A program made the translations under genes and the position numbers. A DNA stretch of 64,000 bases, taken from assembly GCA_003344405.1 (NCBI GenBank), contig NOWV01000011.1, positions 930,001 to 994,000 on the forward strand, in the 5' to 3' direction. Source of the DNA: Trichoplax sp. H2. Taxonomy: Eukaryota. The first letter of the stretch is position 1, and each line of letters starts with the position of its first letter. A model generated the notes under the pieces. It did not search any database, had not been told where the DNA came from, and saw only the letters and a list, made by a program, of their open reading frames with translations. Below, in pieces: positions 25,238 to 39,770 of this stretch.

Positions 25238-25482
25238 GCATGAATCGTATGTTCAGTCTTATTTAGAAAGGGGACCATTGCCGATATAATCATCATGTAT
25301 AATTCAAATACAGATACTGCTCATTGCCCAAAATTCCGTACTAACTTATACAGAATAACAAAAATTTCTGTGACCAACACAATTATGCACTTGCAGTAAC
25401 TGCTTATTACAGTAATTCAGTTGCTAAATCGGAATACCGCCAAATAGACTATAAAGCATAATTCCACAAATTACGTCATTTA
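25238..25482 (+). repeat. ~245 bp dispersed direct repeat, copy 2
   Basis: Near-identical to 17782-18026. Confidence 0.92.
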
Positions 25483-26036
25483 TAGCGATTATTAATTATA
25501 ATGAAAAACAGAGAGTGTAACAAGTTATTGTGTGTGAATGTTAATGACTGAGTCTAAACATAATTTATATGAGATCTCCTGATTTCTGCGAACTTGGAAT
25601 TTAGGATACTATAGAAATATAAGACCTGCTTATGTCAGGACAAATGTTTATGACGTTAAAGTAAATAGATAGCTGTAGTAGAAACAGAGATACTTAGGAA
25701 TTCGAGAGAGAGATAAATAATTCGAGAAATAGCTAACAAGGAGTGCTACTTGTTCTACTATTCTTGATTGTAATTGATTACCATGAACCCTTTTTATGAT
25801 GTAATCAAAACAATTTTATCCTTAACTGGTGTTGGTGATTTATAGAAAAGGAAGATTCAACGATGGTAAATAGTAATAGAATAGTTGTTACTAGTAGTTA
25901 CAATTTGGCATTCGTATAAATGTATATGGATTGACAATGATATAGTTTGTTTATAAGTTCAGCGAAATTAGCAAGTTTATAATCCAGGTTTGAAAGTATA
26001 TCATAGGAGTTTATCCGCACGTGTGCAAGTTAATGC

Positions 26037-28235
26037 CTAAGCTATCACAAAGGAGTCTAATAACTGGTTATAACTTCTTCGATGATGACGACTACGATAA
26101 TGAAAAGCCGTTCTTACCATTTGAGTAATCGGCTGAAATTCATTATCTCTTCTACAGTACGATCGATAACCTCTTCGATACTGAACTAAAGCTGACAATA
26201 ATATTTCTTTGCCTGTTTCTTCTTCGGTTTCAGTTATTTTAAGATATCTCAAGGAAAAGCTTGTGACGATAAAAGCTATTGATGTATTAGCAATTGCCGC
26301 ATTCAATGATGCAAATGACCAATCGCTGGAATCTATCTAGTACGACTCTTAATAGAAATATCGCAAAAACACCAGTAGTGATGCTAATATTAAAGAAAAT
26401 TTTCCAAAGATTCAACGATATTTTGGGTGTATGGTATCGTAGATAATCGAATAATTCTGATGGAATGCCGATACATTCGACACTTTCGATATTAGCAATC
26501 TCGTAGTAGACTTGACTTAACTTTGCATGAAAATCTTCTACTTTATTAATCTGTAAATATTGGCTGATACATGTTAATAATTAATTTAATGCATCGCTGT
26601 CTACTTTTTATAGGTAATTGTCATAATCTTTATGTAATGTGACTTTCACAGTATCATTATCCATTGTAACATATCGAAATGTGACTTTCGATATTCCGTT
26701 TATAAATTCATAATTATTTTGCAACAAAAGTTGTCGAAAGTAATGTTGAATATGTTGTTTTAATTGATAATCTTGTAACATTTCGGGTAAATCTATTATT
26801 ATTATAGGATTATGAATATTATCGGAAACGACGAAATTGACTTCTAATGTTTCTTGCTTAGCGGCTTATATTTGGTCAATTTGTGATTATACATTTTTTC
26901 GTGATTGGACAATACGTTCAGGAAGCTTTTCTTCCTTTCTTATATAAGAATCGATCGTATTTGTAACCTAGTGTATGTAGGGCAAAAAACAACAATTACA
27001 AAACTAAAATGAACAGAATAGGCGAAAAGAAATGTTGCTACATTAATTATGATACGGAATATCAATTGAAATGTTGACCAAAGCTGGATTATGGTAATTA
27101 TAGAATAAAATAATGCGATGCAGAATAAAATGGGTATCAAAATATAATTAATATATTTAAATTTAGGATTTATAAATAAGAATTGACGATTTAGTGTGAT
27201 TGTTAGAAGTTTACATAGAAATAATAGAATTCGTAGAAGTTCCAGAGCCCCGAAAATAAAAAAGGCAAAGAAATTATTAACGTAAGTAGGCTCTTAATAG
27301 ATTTTAAGAAGTTTCAAGATTTTAAATGATTCGTAAGATCTCTTACATAATTTATAAACCGTGGATTTAGTTGCCCGAAGTTCATTTTAGTTAAGATTTT
27401 GTAATTTAATGTCGACAGAGAATGATACCGATGTTGATATTGCAACGAGTTAGTTCGCCAGGATTGTCTTACACGAGCTAGCATTATTATTAATGTTAAA
27501 ATAAGATGACTAACCAAAATACGATAAAAGTCATACTTAATTTTTGATGGCAATCTTCGAATAGATGTGATAATTGACAAATAGGGTAATAGTTATAGTG
27601 TGATGGAAATGAATAATTCCAAAGATCCAATAAAAATCAAGATACACATAAATTTCGTTTAACACCATTCAGCTAGAGATTACCATGCTCACTTTCTCCA
27701 AGACAGAAATATTCAATTGTTTGTAATCTCAGCTTACTCATAACAGAAATGCTGACTGTATCAATTTCCGTTACCCTACAAGAGAAATATAAAAGATATT
27801 GCGGGTAAAAAGGAATACCATTGGCTAATCAACACCGAATAGATGCAGCAATATCATGTAAGCATGCAATAGACTATATTGCTGCGATATAAACTAAATA
27901 ACTGATAAAGCAAGAAGTATTTTATAATTTCACAAGCCTTAACGCTAATTTACCATTTCAATATCACGCATGTTCTAATGAGTTCTGCAACGTTACCTCG
28001 CTGACTTTTCTAAACAGATATTGATGACTTTTACCAGTGTTACTGCAGCCAATGCAGTACTTAAAATAAGGGTAAATATCCTCAGGTATAGTATGCACTA
28101 TCCGCTATTTGCAGGGTTTAAACACGAACTAACATTGATCTTAGAATTGGATTCTTCCATTTCACAACATGAAATGTTCCCGCGAGAGATATAAAACCCA
28201 ATTTTATCCATACGTTGTACAAAGCTGCGCTTATT
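26037..28235 (-). pseudogene. Pseudogene of the multipass membrane family (copy F): exon-1 remnant ~28235-28006, exon 2 27775-26037
   Basis: Remnant KRSF...ISCCE...SCL...*...LRIFTLILSTALAAVTLVKVIN, donor GAAAA|GTCAG, acceptor cttgtag|G GTA ACG GAA ATT GAT. Exon 2 is broken by frameshifts into ORFs 27314-27580, 26940-27140 and 26037-26306, ending YRRGYRSYCRRDNEFQP. Confidence 0.88.
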
Positions 28236-28239
28236 TCTT

Positions 28240-28710
28240 CTGAAGAGGGTTGGACAGGCTGGTCCATAGCAGCTGTTATTGTTGTATATTAGCAGCGTTC
28301 ATTAATACGATTCAGAGGATTGATATCACTGCTTGATATCTTTTAGATACAGAACATTAGTCCTGCACCCTTTATAAAAACTTTGTGTTCGTGACTATTT
28401 CTTTCAAGCAAGTTTATTAACAGGATAAAGTATACGCCTTCTATACTGTTAAGGTGTCCAATTCGGGCTTATTCATATCATTCCAATTATCTATGTGAAA
28501 CAGGCATGGTTGCTATAAATATTGGAACTTCACCAGCTTAGTACCGTGTCCAATTTGTGTTTGTAGTTATTTCTACCAAACGAACTTGTTGTACGCCTAT
28601 ATGATATACGCCTATATTGGTAGGGAGTTCATTTGTGTTTATCTTAAGATACCCATTAACTATTTGAAACATACGAATAGATGATTTCTTAGGCTTAATC
28701 ACTTCATTTA
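28240..28710 (-). mobile_element. Possible highly decayed non-LTR retrotransposon RT remnant replacing the 5' half of copy F
   Basis: Fragmentary translations (KPKKSS..., YLKINTNELPTNIG) resemble the post-YADD region of non-LTR RTs, with many stops and frameshifts. Pattern recall only. Confidence 0.2.
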
Positions 28711-29593
28711 TTGGCAGAAAATTAAGCTAACCTAAATCAACAATATGCAACTAAAAATACATGTAAAAAATAAACAGACATTTGCCCAACTATTTAAAGA
28801 GACTTCAAGTACTCAATATCTCATATGTTTCAACAATTTTGAACGAATTCTGACATATTTATTGTATGTAAAGAAGGCTTACAAATGACAGAAATACTGA
28901 TTTCAATTAGTTTCTCCGCCATACCATTACTTAATTTACTTCAATGCTAGTATAGATGTGGAATAAATAAGTTTATAGCCTCTAAGATTCAAAATTCGAT
29001 AAATTTTAAGCTATTAAAATTAGGGCTAATCCTTAATGTGATATCCAAGTTATCTAAAATTAAACTTTAAAGGTTGATCATCTCGGAAGATAAGCAGAAA
29101 ATCTTAGTACTTAGGTGGAATAATAGCCGCTAGTCGTGTAGTTTAAACTATTGAAACCACTGTAGTGCTTGGGTTTTACAATCCCTTAGGTTCGTAATCG
29201 TCTAGCTCAAAATCTGAGTTATTAAAATTGAGCAAATCTCTAACTTGATAAAAGATTACTTCTAAATGCTACCGTACTTCAGTTACTACTGTAATTAGCT
29301 GAAACTACTACAACCATTAAGTTATCCATAATGAACATTTAGGGTTGACCATCTCGGAAGATAAGCAAAAAATCATAATACTAAGATGGAATGATCGTAG
29401 CTGGTCCAGTAATTTAGTGCTGATTTACGATTTTTTGAACGATGCATTGAATAGTTAAAAAACAATCTACAATATTCCATCGCATTAATGATTGGCTAGA
29501 CACATTTGTTTAATACATGTACAGGATATCTTCTAACCAATTAGTATGGACATACCAAATTAAAATCTATAAGTTCGGAATACTGATGAATGT

Positions 29594-32500
29594 TTAACTG
29601 ACGCTCTGATATTCCAATAAATCAGAATTTCGTCGAGGATTAGGATTAGTAGAGAATATCTGCATCAGTTGTGAAAGAGGCTGAAATTCAATACCTCTTC
29701 TACAAAATAATCGATAGCCTCTTCTGTATAATATTAAATTAGCTAATAATATTTCTTTTGTTATTTCTTCATCAGACTCGGCTACTTTAAGATATTTCAA
29801 AGATAGAACTGTAGCGATATAGACGATTGGCGTATTAGCAATAGTTGAGCTTAACGATGTAAATGACCAACATTTTGAGTCATATAATACTGCCAAAATA
29901 AATGCCAAAAATATGCATGTCGTAACCATGATGTTAAAGAAAATTTGCCACAGACTCAACGATACTTCAGGTGCGTAATATCGTAAATAGCCAAATAATT
30001 CTGATGGAATTCCAATGCATTGACTATCACCGATATTATGGATCTTGTAATAGACTTTACTTAACTTTGCTTGAAAGTATCCTGCTTTCTTACTTTGTAG
30101 ATGTTGACTAATGCATGTTAATAACCCGGTTAAATTGGTGTTATCCGTGAAAAATAGACAGTGATTGTAGTCTTCAGGCAATGTTACATCGACATCAGTA
30201 TCATTGTCATTTATACTGTATTGAAATACAATTCTAGATATTCCATCAGATAATCCATAACCAGTTTGTAACAAAATCTGTTGTAAATATTGTCGTACAT
30301 GTTGTTCTATTCTATCGTCTTGTAACATTTCCGGTAAATCGATTGTTATTATATGATTATCAATACTACCAGAGATGAAGAAATAGACTTCTAACTTTCC
30401 TTGTTTAGCAGTTAAGATATCATCAATTCGTGATTCTACCTTTTGCTGTAAATGGATGATATACCTAGGAAGCATATTTCCCTTCTTTTTATAAGAGTCA
30501 ATCAGTTTCATAATATAATGTACATAAGGTATCACGACGACAATAGTAATGCTAAAATAAACAGAATGGGCGACGATAAAAGTTGTTACATTAATAATGG
30601 TACGGAAAATGACTTGGAAAAAAAGCCAAAATTCGGCTATCGTAAAAACAGAATATGTTAGAGCTACGAGAGATAAGATAGCAGACATAATAGAATTAAG
30701 ATGACGATGTTTAGAATGTGTAAAGAGAAAGTTACGTTTCAATTTAATTGCAAGCACTTCAGAGATAAATAATGTTATTCGTAAAAGTTCGATAGCACCG
30801 AAAATAAAGAAAGGTAAACAAATTATAAATGTCAAGAAGCTTTTGATAAATTTTATCACATGGAAAGATCTCAAATCATTTATTATGTCTTTAATACGAA
30901 TTGTAAGTTGAAAGTGCAACTGGCTATAATTACTTCGCATTAAGATTTTATAATTGAGTGTAGTTAGAGAAGCTCGTTTTAGTTGATACGCTAACGAATT
31001 GGTTAACCAAAATTCTTTTAGGTGAGCCGCAATTATGATTATTGTAAACAATCCATGTAAGATACCAACACCAAAATACCTGAACACTATTGGCTTGGGC
31101 ACTGATAGATGACCGATGAAGGGAAAAACCATGAAAATAGGTGGATAGATCTGTGCTACAACAGACGCATATCCTCCAAAAGCAGCAAGAAAGAACAAAA
31201 CGATATGCATCAGGACATGTTCTATTTGTACCCAACGATTGCTAATTGTACTTTCTCGAAGATAAAAGTATCCGGCTGTCTGCAACTTTAACCGGTTTAT
31301 AATAGAAACGCTTACTGAATCAATTTCCGCTTTTCTATAGTGCAAAGACATAAATTTGCTATTAAGAGCAGAGATTTCGCACTTTAAAATCACACCATCA
31401 GTTACCATCAACTTAATACTTTTACGAATTTTCTGTTATGTGCAGCACTAAAAACTAAGTATTACCTGAAACTGTAAATTATACTTTTAGACTGTATATC
31501 TAGACCGAAATTTGATCTAAATAAATGCAGATATCGCCTTTGGATCTTTAATAGCTAAATGCTAGTTAAAGAACACTTTTCCAAAAATTCTAAATACCAT
31601 CAAAGAACCACTAAAACTAACTTAAATACCATAGCTTTAGCCATAATATACAATTGTTATAGGGTATTCTCGATCAGTTCTTAACTAGCAAATTGCTTGT
31701 AAAGTGAGTATCATTAGTTTATGATCACCGCTTTAACGCTTTAAAATGCAATATTGTAGTTATCTTGAATATCAAATGTTTAGTTAAGCTATAGGTTCCT
31801 TCTTGTGACTTTACGGTATATAACTTCATATGGATTGTGGTAAGGTAATTTTAATAAGGAAATTAGCAAGCAAGTAATTGAGGTGAAAGGAAAAATAGGG
31901 TCCAACTAGTGAAAAAGAAGTCATATAAATAGTATAAGATGCAAATTCACATTGTATAAGAAGATAGAGTGAGACTCTATCATGTAGAAAGTAGGAGTTA
32001 TATTGAAAGAATTATATAATTATAAAAAAAAAAGAACTGTAAAGGAAATATAATATCTATGCTAAATATTCTAAATTGATAGCGAGTAGGATAGAAATAA
32101 AATATAAGGTATTGACTAGAAGTTATTCACAAATGTGTTTACGAAATTGCAGTAGACAAGGAAAGATCTTCAAATTTTTAGTAGTGGAATTGTGTAGAAG
32201 CGAGAAGGTTGTATGCTAGTAACTATTAATTGAATTATCAAAAGAAAATGACAGTCTAAGAACCAATCTTAATATTGAATTTGCTTTAAAAGCTATACAT
32301 GGAGATTACTGTACTCTATTCAAGAATATTGTTTAGTCTGGTACTTTATTACACAGTGATAGACTTAAAAATTAAACGGTAAAGTTCTACAGAGTGATTT
32401 GACTCCATCAGAAATGAAATTGTGTTGCATCTTTTAACAGTTGTAGAAGTTTTAAACAAGAACTTGCTGTCAACTCTATTTGCTACGAGTTCTGTGTGAT

Positions 32501-33315
32501 TATTGTACAGAAAAGAAGCATGTTTATCACATACCCTATAAAAATTATTGATGTTATAGTACTTACTTTTCTAAGGAATCGATATACATATTAACCACCC
32601 TAGTCAAAGCTATTCCTGCCAATGTAGTACTTAGGATGATAGTAAATATTCTCATTAGTGGCGCATACCAAAGTATTTTTTGAGGGGTTAGACATTTATC
32701 AAAATTGATATCATCACTAAGGTCTTCATTTTCGCAGCATGAGTAATCTACGCTACTAATAGAATTTCCTTGGATAGTAAAATTTCTTCTACATAGAGTA
32801 CCATACGGTATCTCCGAAAAATTCTGGTTCTTTTTCAAATTTAAATGAAATACTTTGCTCAGAACTTTAAATATAGTTAATCCTCGACATAAATCAGTGG
32901 TGATGTTACTGTAACAGTCAGTACTAGATTCTGTGATATTAATTCGCAATTCCGATGAGAAGATCGCATAAATACTCAAGCTTGTAGTAATATAATCAGT
33001 AGGTAATGCGAAAATAGCTTCTCCAACATCTTTTCTTAACCATGCATAAAAAATAGGGCTTTCATGGACTGAACTTCGAAGATGGTCATTGCCATTTCTT
33101 TTATAAAGATGAAAAAATACAACTCGAACCGATGGAGATTTAATAATCTTCCTGAAATCATGATATATTCGAGTTTCATTTAGTACGCTCAATTGACAAT
33201 TGGAATGGCACTCAGTCTCCACCCTTTCCAATACTACAAGGTGGAAGGATATAAACAGCCAGAAGATCGATACGCAAGTGAACATGGACAAATTATGCAT
33301 AGACAGAGCCATCAT
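29594..33315 (-). CDS. Uncharacterised multipass membrane protein with Cys-rich ectodomain (copy E, ~829 aa). Exons 33315-32567, 31334-29594
   Basis: Exon 1 ends GAA AA|GTAAGT and exon 2 starts cactatag|A AAA GCG (phase 2, in frame). Signal-like hydrophobic N-terminus and family motifs shared with the paralogues. Confidence 0.88.
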
Positions 33316-33679
33316 TTCAAGGAACACTGTAACCTGAGAAAATACCTAATTGATTATCGGTAATCAAAGTGAGTTACTTCAATATTGATAGAATTTATTC
33401 TTAAACTTTTTTTCACTGCGCTAACTCGACAGTATTTATGCCTTCTGCTTCACCATAAATTTAAATTCATCCAATCCTGCTGGATAAGAATGTTGATCAC
33501 AGGCATTCAAATCTATAGAGTTAATTTATAGCCTTAGTAATGAAATGATTGTGCTCCAAACAAAAAATATAAACAAACATTGAATATAGTAGAGACGGAT
33601 ATCCGGAATGAAAAATTCGCTTGATATATCCTACAGCTTATCTATTCAAATTCTTCATGGTTTTCTATATTTTATTTAT

Positions 33680-34040
33680 TAAAAGCTTTATCTTCTATTA
33701 ATCCACTAGCAAACCCAAATTATTCATATTTTTTTCTTTCTTTAAATTCAAAGGCTTGAGCGTACTTAAAAAATATTGCTATTCATATCATAGATAATAG
33801 GGTAGGATATGATTCAACATAACTTAATCTTTCTAGTAAAAGATGAAAGAGCACCGTCCATGTTTTTATTCTTGAGCTCCACCATCTTTTGGCAAGAATT
33901 ACTCGAGCTAGTTTTACAAATTTACAATAATAATCAATCAATGTTTGCGCTTTGCTATAATTTAAGTTGGAATAAAATATCCGTTAGTGGCATTTTAAGA
34001 TATCCGAGATCCTTTTCTATCATAGATTGGAAAATACACT
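33680..34040 (-). mobile_element. Possible decayed CR1/L2-like LINE 3' remnant
   Basis: Minus-strand fragments IEKDLG and, ~300 bp downstream, NLGL, in the order expected for CR1-type RT C-termini. Heavily disrupted. Confidence 0.2.
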
Positions 34041-36211
34041 CTGATAAAGAAGAAAGATAAAGTAATTATCCAATAATCAACAGGCTTCTTTTGCTTAATT
34101 ACTACTGTAAGTATATGAAATATATTAGAACTGAACCATACTATTTTAAGAATTTAATGACTGATTTATTCTCATTATCTGAGGAAAATTTCAGCGTATT
34201 TTGGTCCATTCACATTTACCGTAAATTGCATAATGCATTCAATCATATGATTGTTATTAAGTTCCTCTTTCATATTATGATTACTAATAACAATGACGTC
34301 AAAGTCATTTAGACTTTTTATTTTGTTCAGCAATGAGGCATTTTGTAGCTTTATTTCACATCATGACAATTTCATAAACGGATATAATTATCTTTGAAGT
34401 GTTAATGAAATGACTGAATGATTTTTCGATTATTTTTTTGATTATATAATTTATAAAAAGCGATATTATTTTTGACTAAATTAGGTTACCATAGCTATTT
34501 AGCAATCGTGCATAATGAAGTACAAAAAATTAGCATTAAAATGATATAATTCTCTATGTCATTTTATAATTATTGACAAGGGCTGCCGTTCTCAGTTTAG
34601 CTATTTTATTAAACCAAATTTTGTTGGTTTCGTAAATAATACATCGATAACAAACTAGTAGTCAGGTAGTGCTTACTTTGACTAAGAAGAACTTATTTTT
34701 GGGGGCCTTTTAAGTCAGCCTTTGACAAATTGTCAAATTTCTATTTTCTCTTATCAATGAAATACGACATTTATTATAGCTGTTAATGGTAGCAACATGG
34801 CAGTTGTAAACACCACGCATTCGCTAAGAATTAAATGTATTTTCCGTTCATTGCCCTATTAAATTACTTTTAAACTGCTCCTTAATATACCGCATGCAGT
34901 GTCATTTAAGCATAGCATTTACAGACTTAATACTTGTTAGTAGCGATGATACAGAAACAATATTCTTCATCAGAAATTTGATCAAGTTCTTGATACTGTA
35001 TCTGTAGATGATCATCATGACTCAAACGATTTTGCTAACTTCGGGTATTAGTAACGGCAATATCTTTGCTGATCTACGCTATTAACTTATTTTTTATCAA
35101 TTCTCGATAATTTAATTCTAATAATTGGTGCCTGTAACTATTTATATAATTTTGACTTATTATGTATTAATTAATATACTGTAAATTGAAATGTGACGCC
35201 ATTTAGGAGTCCCTGTTACAAGATAAATTATCACTGTGAAACCATTCAATCTATTAAAATAGGTCGACAAATTAAAAGAAAATGATATCAGATTTGGTTT
35301 CCATACTATTCATGTGAATCAATGCTATCGTTGATCCCTAATATCAAACGATGCTGAAAAGTGGACAATTTTGCCAAGGTAGATTGGCACACTAGGCATA
35401 AGACCTGATTTAGTACATGCTCAGAATCTGTATTGCAAAATTGTCGATTAACATAAAGGATCATATATTACATTATGACGCTTTATTCCACGATTTTTCC
35501 ACCATTATTTGTACCAGACTATTTCTATTTTATGTCTTATTAGTCCTATTACTAATAGCAATCATAAGATAAAAGACTTTAAGTAGCAGGATATCACAAT
35601 TACTGGTACAGTTTAACAATAAGTATGTAAATATATGTATCTAAGTAAAACTTTCTGCAGTTATGTAGGCAAATTCTTACCAAATGAAGGATCTGATTTG
35701 TTTGCCTATACTTGATGTAAGTACTTTGTTAGCTTAGCAATGCAATAATGAAATTAAGATTTTTTATTAATTCATCTTTGAAAGATAATTTAGTCACAAC
35801 TAATTATGAATTAGGATAACGAAATACGGTACTAAAATCCGATTTAGTTTCATTCAGTATTTTTAATATTTAAGACAAGTAAAAACAAATTAGTACGCGT
35901 CTATCTTTTGATATTCTCTGAAAAGTTAGTTAATAGATTCAAAATGATCAAATTTCTTGTCACTAGTAGCTAAAGCTTATCCTTAAGATAGAGCTTTGAT
36001 AGTGAGATAGTGTTTTTTCCGACTGATCTAAATCAACATTAGCAAGAAATGTGATAACCGAATTCGGAATCTGGAAACTACTGTAGCAAAAATTGAAACT
36101 TTATTAATTCGTAGCATTATGTCTATTATTATTGTGTATTTAGAATTAAGCAAGTACGGTAAGTCAACGCTTCAATGGCTACGAGAAAACTAATAGGCAT
36201 AATTGGCTAAG

Positions 36212-36452
36212 TTATATTGAATATTTGTAAGATGTTTTGAAGATTCTCTTTAATTGTATAAAAGGATGGAATTCAATTCCTCGGGAACAGAAAAATCGAT
36301 AACCTCGGCTATATGGAACTATGTTAGTCAGTACGACCTTATGAGCTTTTTTTGGCTGAGCTTCAGATATAGTTCAATATTTTAAGGCTGTCTTCGTCGC
36401 TAAAAAAAACGATAGGCATATAAGCTATGGCTTCATGAATTGAAGTAATCAT
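36212..36452 (-). pseudogene. Short 3' fragment of the membrane family (copy D), closest to copy C
   Basis: Minus strand with a frameshift and a stop: AIAYMPIVF.ATKTALKY*TISEA...VLTNIVPYSRGYRFFCSRGIEFHPFIQLK, versus copy C IVRYRRGYRFFCTRGIEFHPFLQLK. Not in the ORF track. Confidence 0.85.
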
Positions 36453-36800
36453 GGCTAGGTTATTTCATTATATTTTTTATATTCATTATATACTCATTTA
36501 TTTATTATATTTATTAACATTATATTATATATTTCGTTATACTTTATTTGTTTTCTCACTTCACAACAGCTTACAGCCTTACACGCTGCTCTACCGTAAC
36601 TACGACATTGTACGCAATTATAGTCTTCAATAATAGTATCCTTTTCTACTAAAATCCTAGTGCATTTCTCTACATGGCAGTTAAATCTGCTGCCACTGAC
36701 TTATCGATTCCTTTATCACACTTAAAATTGTAAAAGAATATGCCAGAGAATGCCGATGCATCACAATTATTTTCACGTACCATAACAGCTTAGGTTCAAG

Positions 36801-39770
36801 CTAGAAATTGGCTACATTTATCTTTGCTTGCGCCTGATTAGCTTCAATATCTACGCCTGCACTGCTGGGATATGTTGTAAACATACTCTTTAGTTGTAAA
36901 AACGGATGAAATTCGATTCCTCGGGTACAAAAAAATCGATAACCTCGACGATATCGAACGATATTATTCACTAGGATTTTATCAATCATTTCTTGCTTGA
37001 TTTCAGCTATAGTTAAATATTTCCGGGCAATGGTCGTTGTCACATAGATAATGGGTGCATTAGCAACTGCAGAGCTGATTGAGAATACCGTTGGTGAATC
37101 TGAATCAACTACAACGGTTAATATAAATGTGATAAATAAACCAGTTGTGATAGTAATATTGAAAAATACTCGAGGTAAACTAAGAGATATTTCAGGTGCA
37201 TAGTACCGCAGATAAGAGAACAATTTTGCCGGGATTCCGGTACAGACAAGATCATCAATATCATCCATTTGGTAATAAATTTTAGTTAAATTATTACGAA
37301 ATTCTTGTTCAGTTAAACCTTTCAAGTGAATACCGACGTCTTGAGCCAGTTTTTGTAATTTGTTGCTCTTACGATGGCAAGAGAGATAATTATTATTGCA
37401 CTGGGGCAAAGTTATCAGCATTGTCGTACTTGACGTTTTTTCGTACTGAAATATAACTTTAGATATTCCGTGTGCTAAGACGATTGTGCCATCTCTTATT
37501 AGTTCCTCTAACGTATCCTGAATTTTTTTCTGAATACAATCATCTTTCAACATTTCCGGCACATCAATAATGACATTATCAGTGATAGCATTATCATCCA
37601 ATTTAAAATAGACTTCTAATTTGCCTTCGGTTTGTTCAAGTAGCTCGTCAATTTCTTTCTCAACTCTGTCATGTACTTGGATAATTCGTTGTGGTAGCAT
37701 ATGACCTTTGCTATCATACGCCTCCATAGCCTTAATAACGTAGTGAAAGTAAGGAACGACAATAACTGTTATTACGCTAAAGTAAATGGAATGGGCAATA
37801 ACAAATTCTGCCACGGTAATAACAATGCGAATAATGAGTTGAGTTAATAACCACATTCCCAAAATTGTCAGTGACGAATACAGCAATGAAATAATGAAGA
37901 AAAAAGACGATAATAATCGATATCCGATTGTCTTTGAAGCAGTTGACAGAAAGCTACATCTTAAATGTAATGTTAACGTATCTGTAATAAATAATATAAT
38001 GCGTATAATTTCGATTCTAGCCATAATAGCAAATGGCAATATTATTAGAAATGACAATATCGCCTGCATCATAGCGGTATAACGATGTAACTTTCGGTAC
38101 CGTATTATATCTTTGATGCAATTTTTAAATTGAAAATGTAACTGGCGATGGCTGTTTTCAGTTAAGAACTTGAACGATAAAATCGTAACTTCATCCTGCT
38201 GCTGCGATAGATATGGATAATACTGGCCAAAAAATTGCTGGATGTGCGGGAAGAGAACAAAAAATGTACAAGTGGCATAAATACCAAGGGCGATGTAACT
38301 AGCCAAGGAAGCACGATCGGGTATCTTCCTATTGCGAATGTCAGGATAAATTAAAATAGAATGTGGATAAGCTTGTACTAGAATAGATACAGTAGATCCA
38401 CCGGATGCAATTGCTGATACAGCAATGAACTGACAGCAAAACCAAAGTTGTACCCAAAGACTATTTTTTACCAATTTCCGTAAATAAAAATACCCAATAG
38501 GATGAAATCTTAGTGATGTTAGGATACGAATTTTCTGACCGTCAACTTCAGTTGTTCTGCAGCAAAATAAAATGAAAAAGAGAGTCAATAAGAGCAACTG
38601 GAACTTTATTATAAAAATTTACAATTAGATTACTTTGCTGAACATTATCATGAGAGAACTTGCCGGATTATCAAACTGATTGACAAATACAGCAGTTTAA
38701 ATTAATTAGTTACAGTTGTAAAAACCTTTCGATATTCGTATTATATCTTCAACAGTACTGAGCAAATATACTGTTAGAAGGTTGAAATGACATGGTCATC
38801 AATGGAGTAAGATACGAATAAATTAAAAAGTCAAAGTATACTCATGTATGAAAATGAAATTTACTATAGTTGTAATCTGTCAAGATAGTGACGATAGAGT
38901 AGACTAAGATTTAATTAATTTCGAAAGAGCGATTGAAACTATAGCTTGTATTATGAAATTAAATGATAATTTATTCACCTTCGTATTTACTGTAATTAAA
39001 TCTTTTTTAATTTATATCCATTTATTTTATCTATCAGATTAGACTTACTTTCCTAAAGCGTTCATGACTCTATTGATAATCTTAACCAGTAATGCTCCAC
39101 TAATCGGAATACTGATGATAGCTGTAATTATATTCATAGCTTTGACATACGGTTTGACTGATCTAGGCTCTAAGCATTTCTTAGTATCTACTTCCAATTT
39201 TATAGTATCGCCATCACAACAGGAATAATAGGTAGAACTAGAGTCGTCATCGATTTCCGAATTAAAATCCCTCCTACACACAGTACCGCAATTTTTAGCA
39301 GTGCAATTGTGCATCGTTAGCAATCGAACAAACTTTGCTAAGGTAAAGAAAATAATGTGCCGTTTACATTCCAGAGATGATGCATCGTAGCAGCTTTGGT
39401 TAACTTCTTTGAGATAGATGTTTAAATTGGAGGTAAAAATTGACGTTAAACTCAAAGTGGTGCTCATGTAATCCGTAGGCAAGGCGAAAATTGCTTCGCC
39501 AACATCTTTTCTAATCCATGCATAGAAGATATTCTGTGCCGAATTATAAAGACTATTATTTCCTTTTTGCAGGTGGAAATAAACCACACGGATTGATGAA
39601 ACTCTGACAATTCTACTAAAATTGAGGTAGGACTGTGCCTCGTTTTCAACTTGTAGCTGACATTCCTTCACACATTTCTTGGGGTCTTCGTCGATAGTGG
39701 AAACTTGATTAAAAGTTGAGATAATCCAAAATAGTGTTATCCAATAGAATCTAAAAAGAAAGTATGCCAT
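36801..39770 (-). CDS. Uncharacterised multipass membrane protein (copy C, ~825 aa). Exons 39770-39049, 38556-36801
   Basis: Donor GGA AA|GTAAGT and acceptor ttgctgcag|A ACA ACT (phase 2, in frame). Signal peptide, CxxxCQL, FYAWIRKDVGEAIFALP, CGTVCRRDF, YSCC, PEML, GIPAKLFSYLRYYAP, YRRGYRFFC. Confidence 0.88.
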
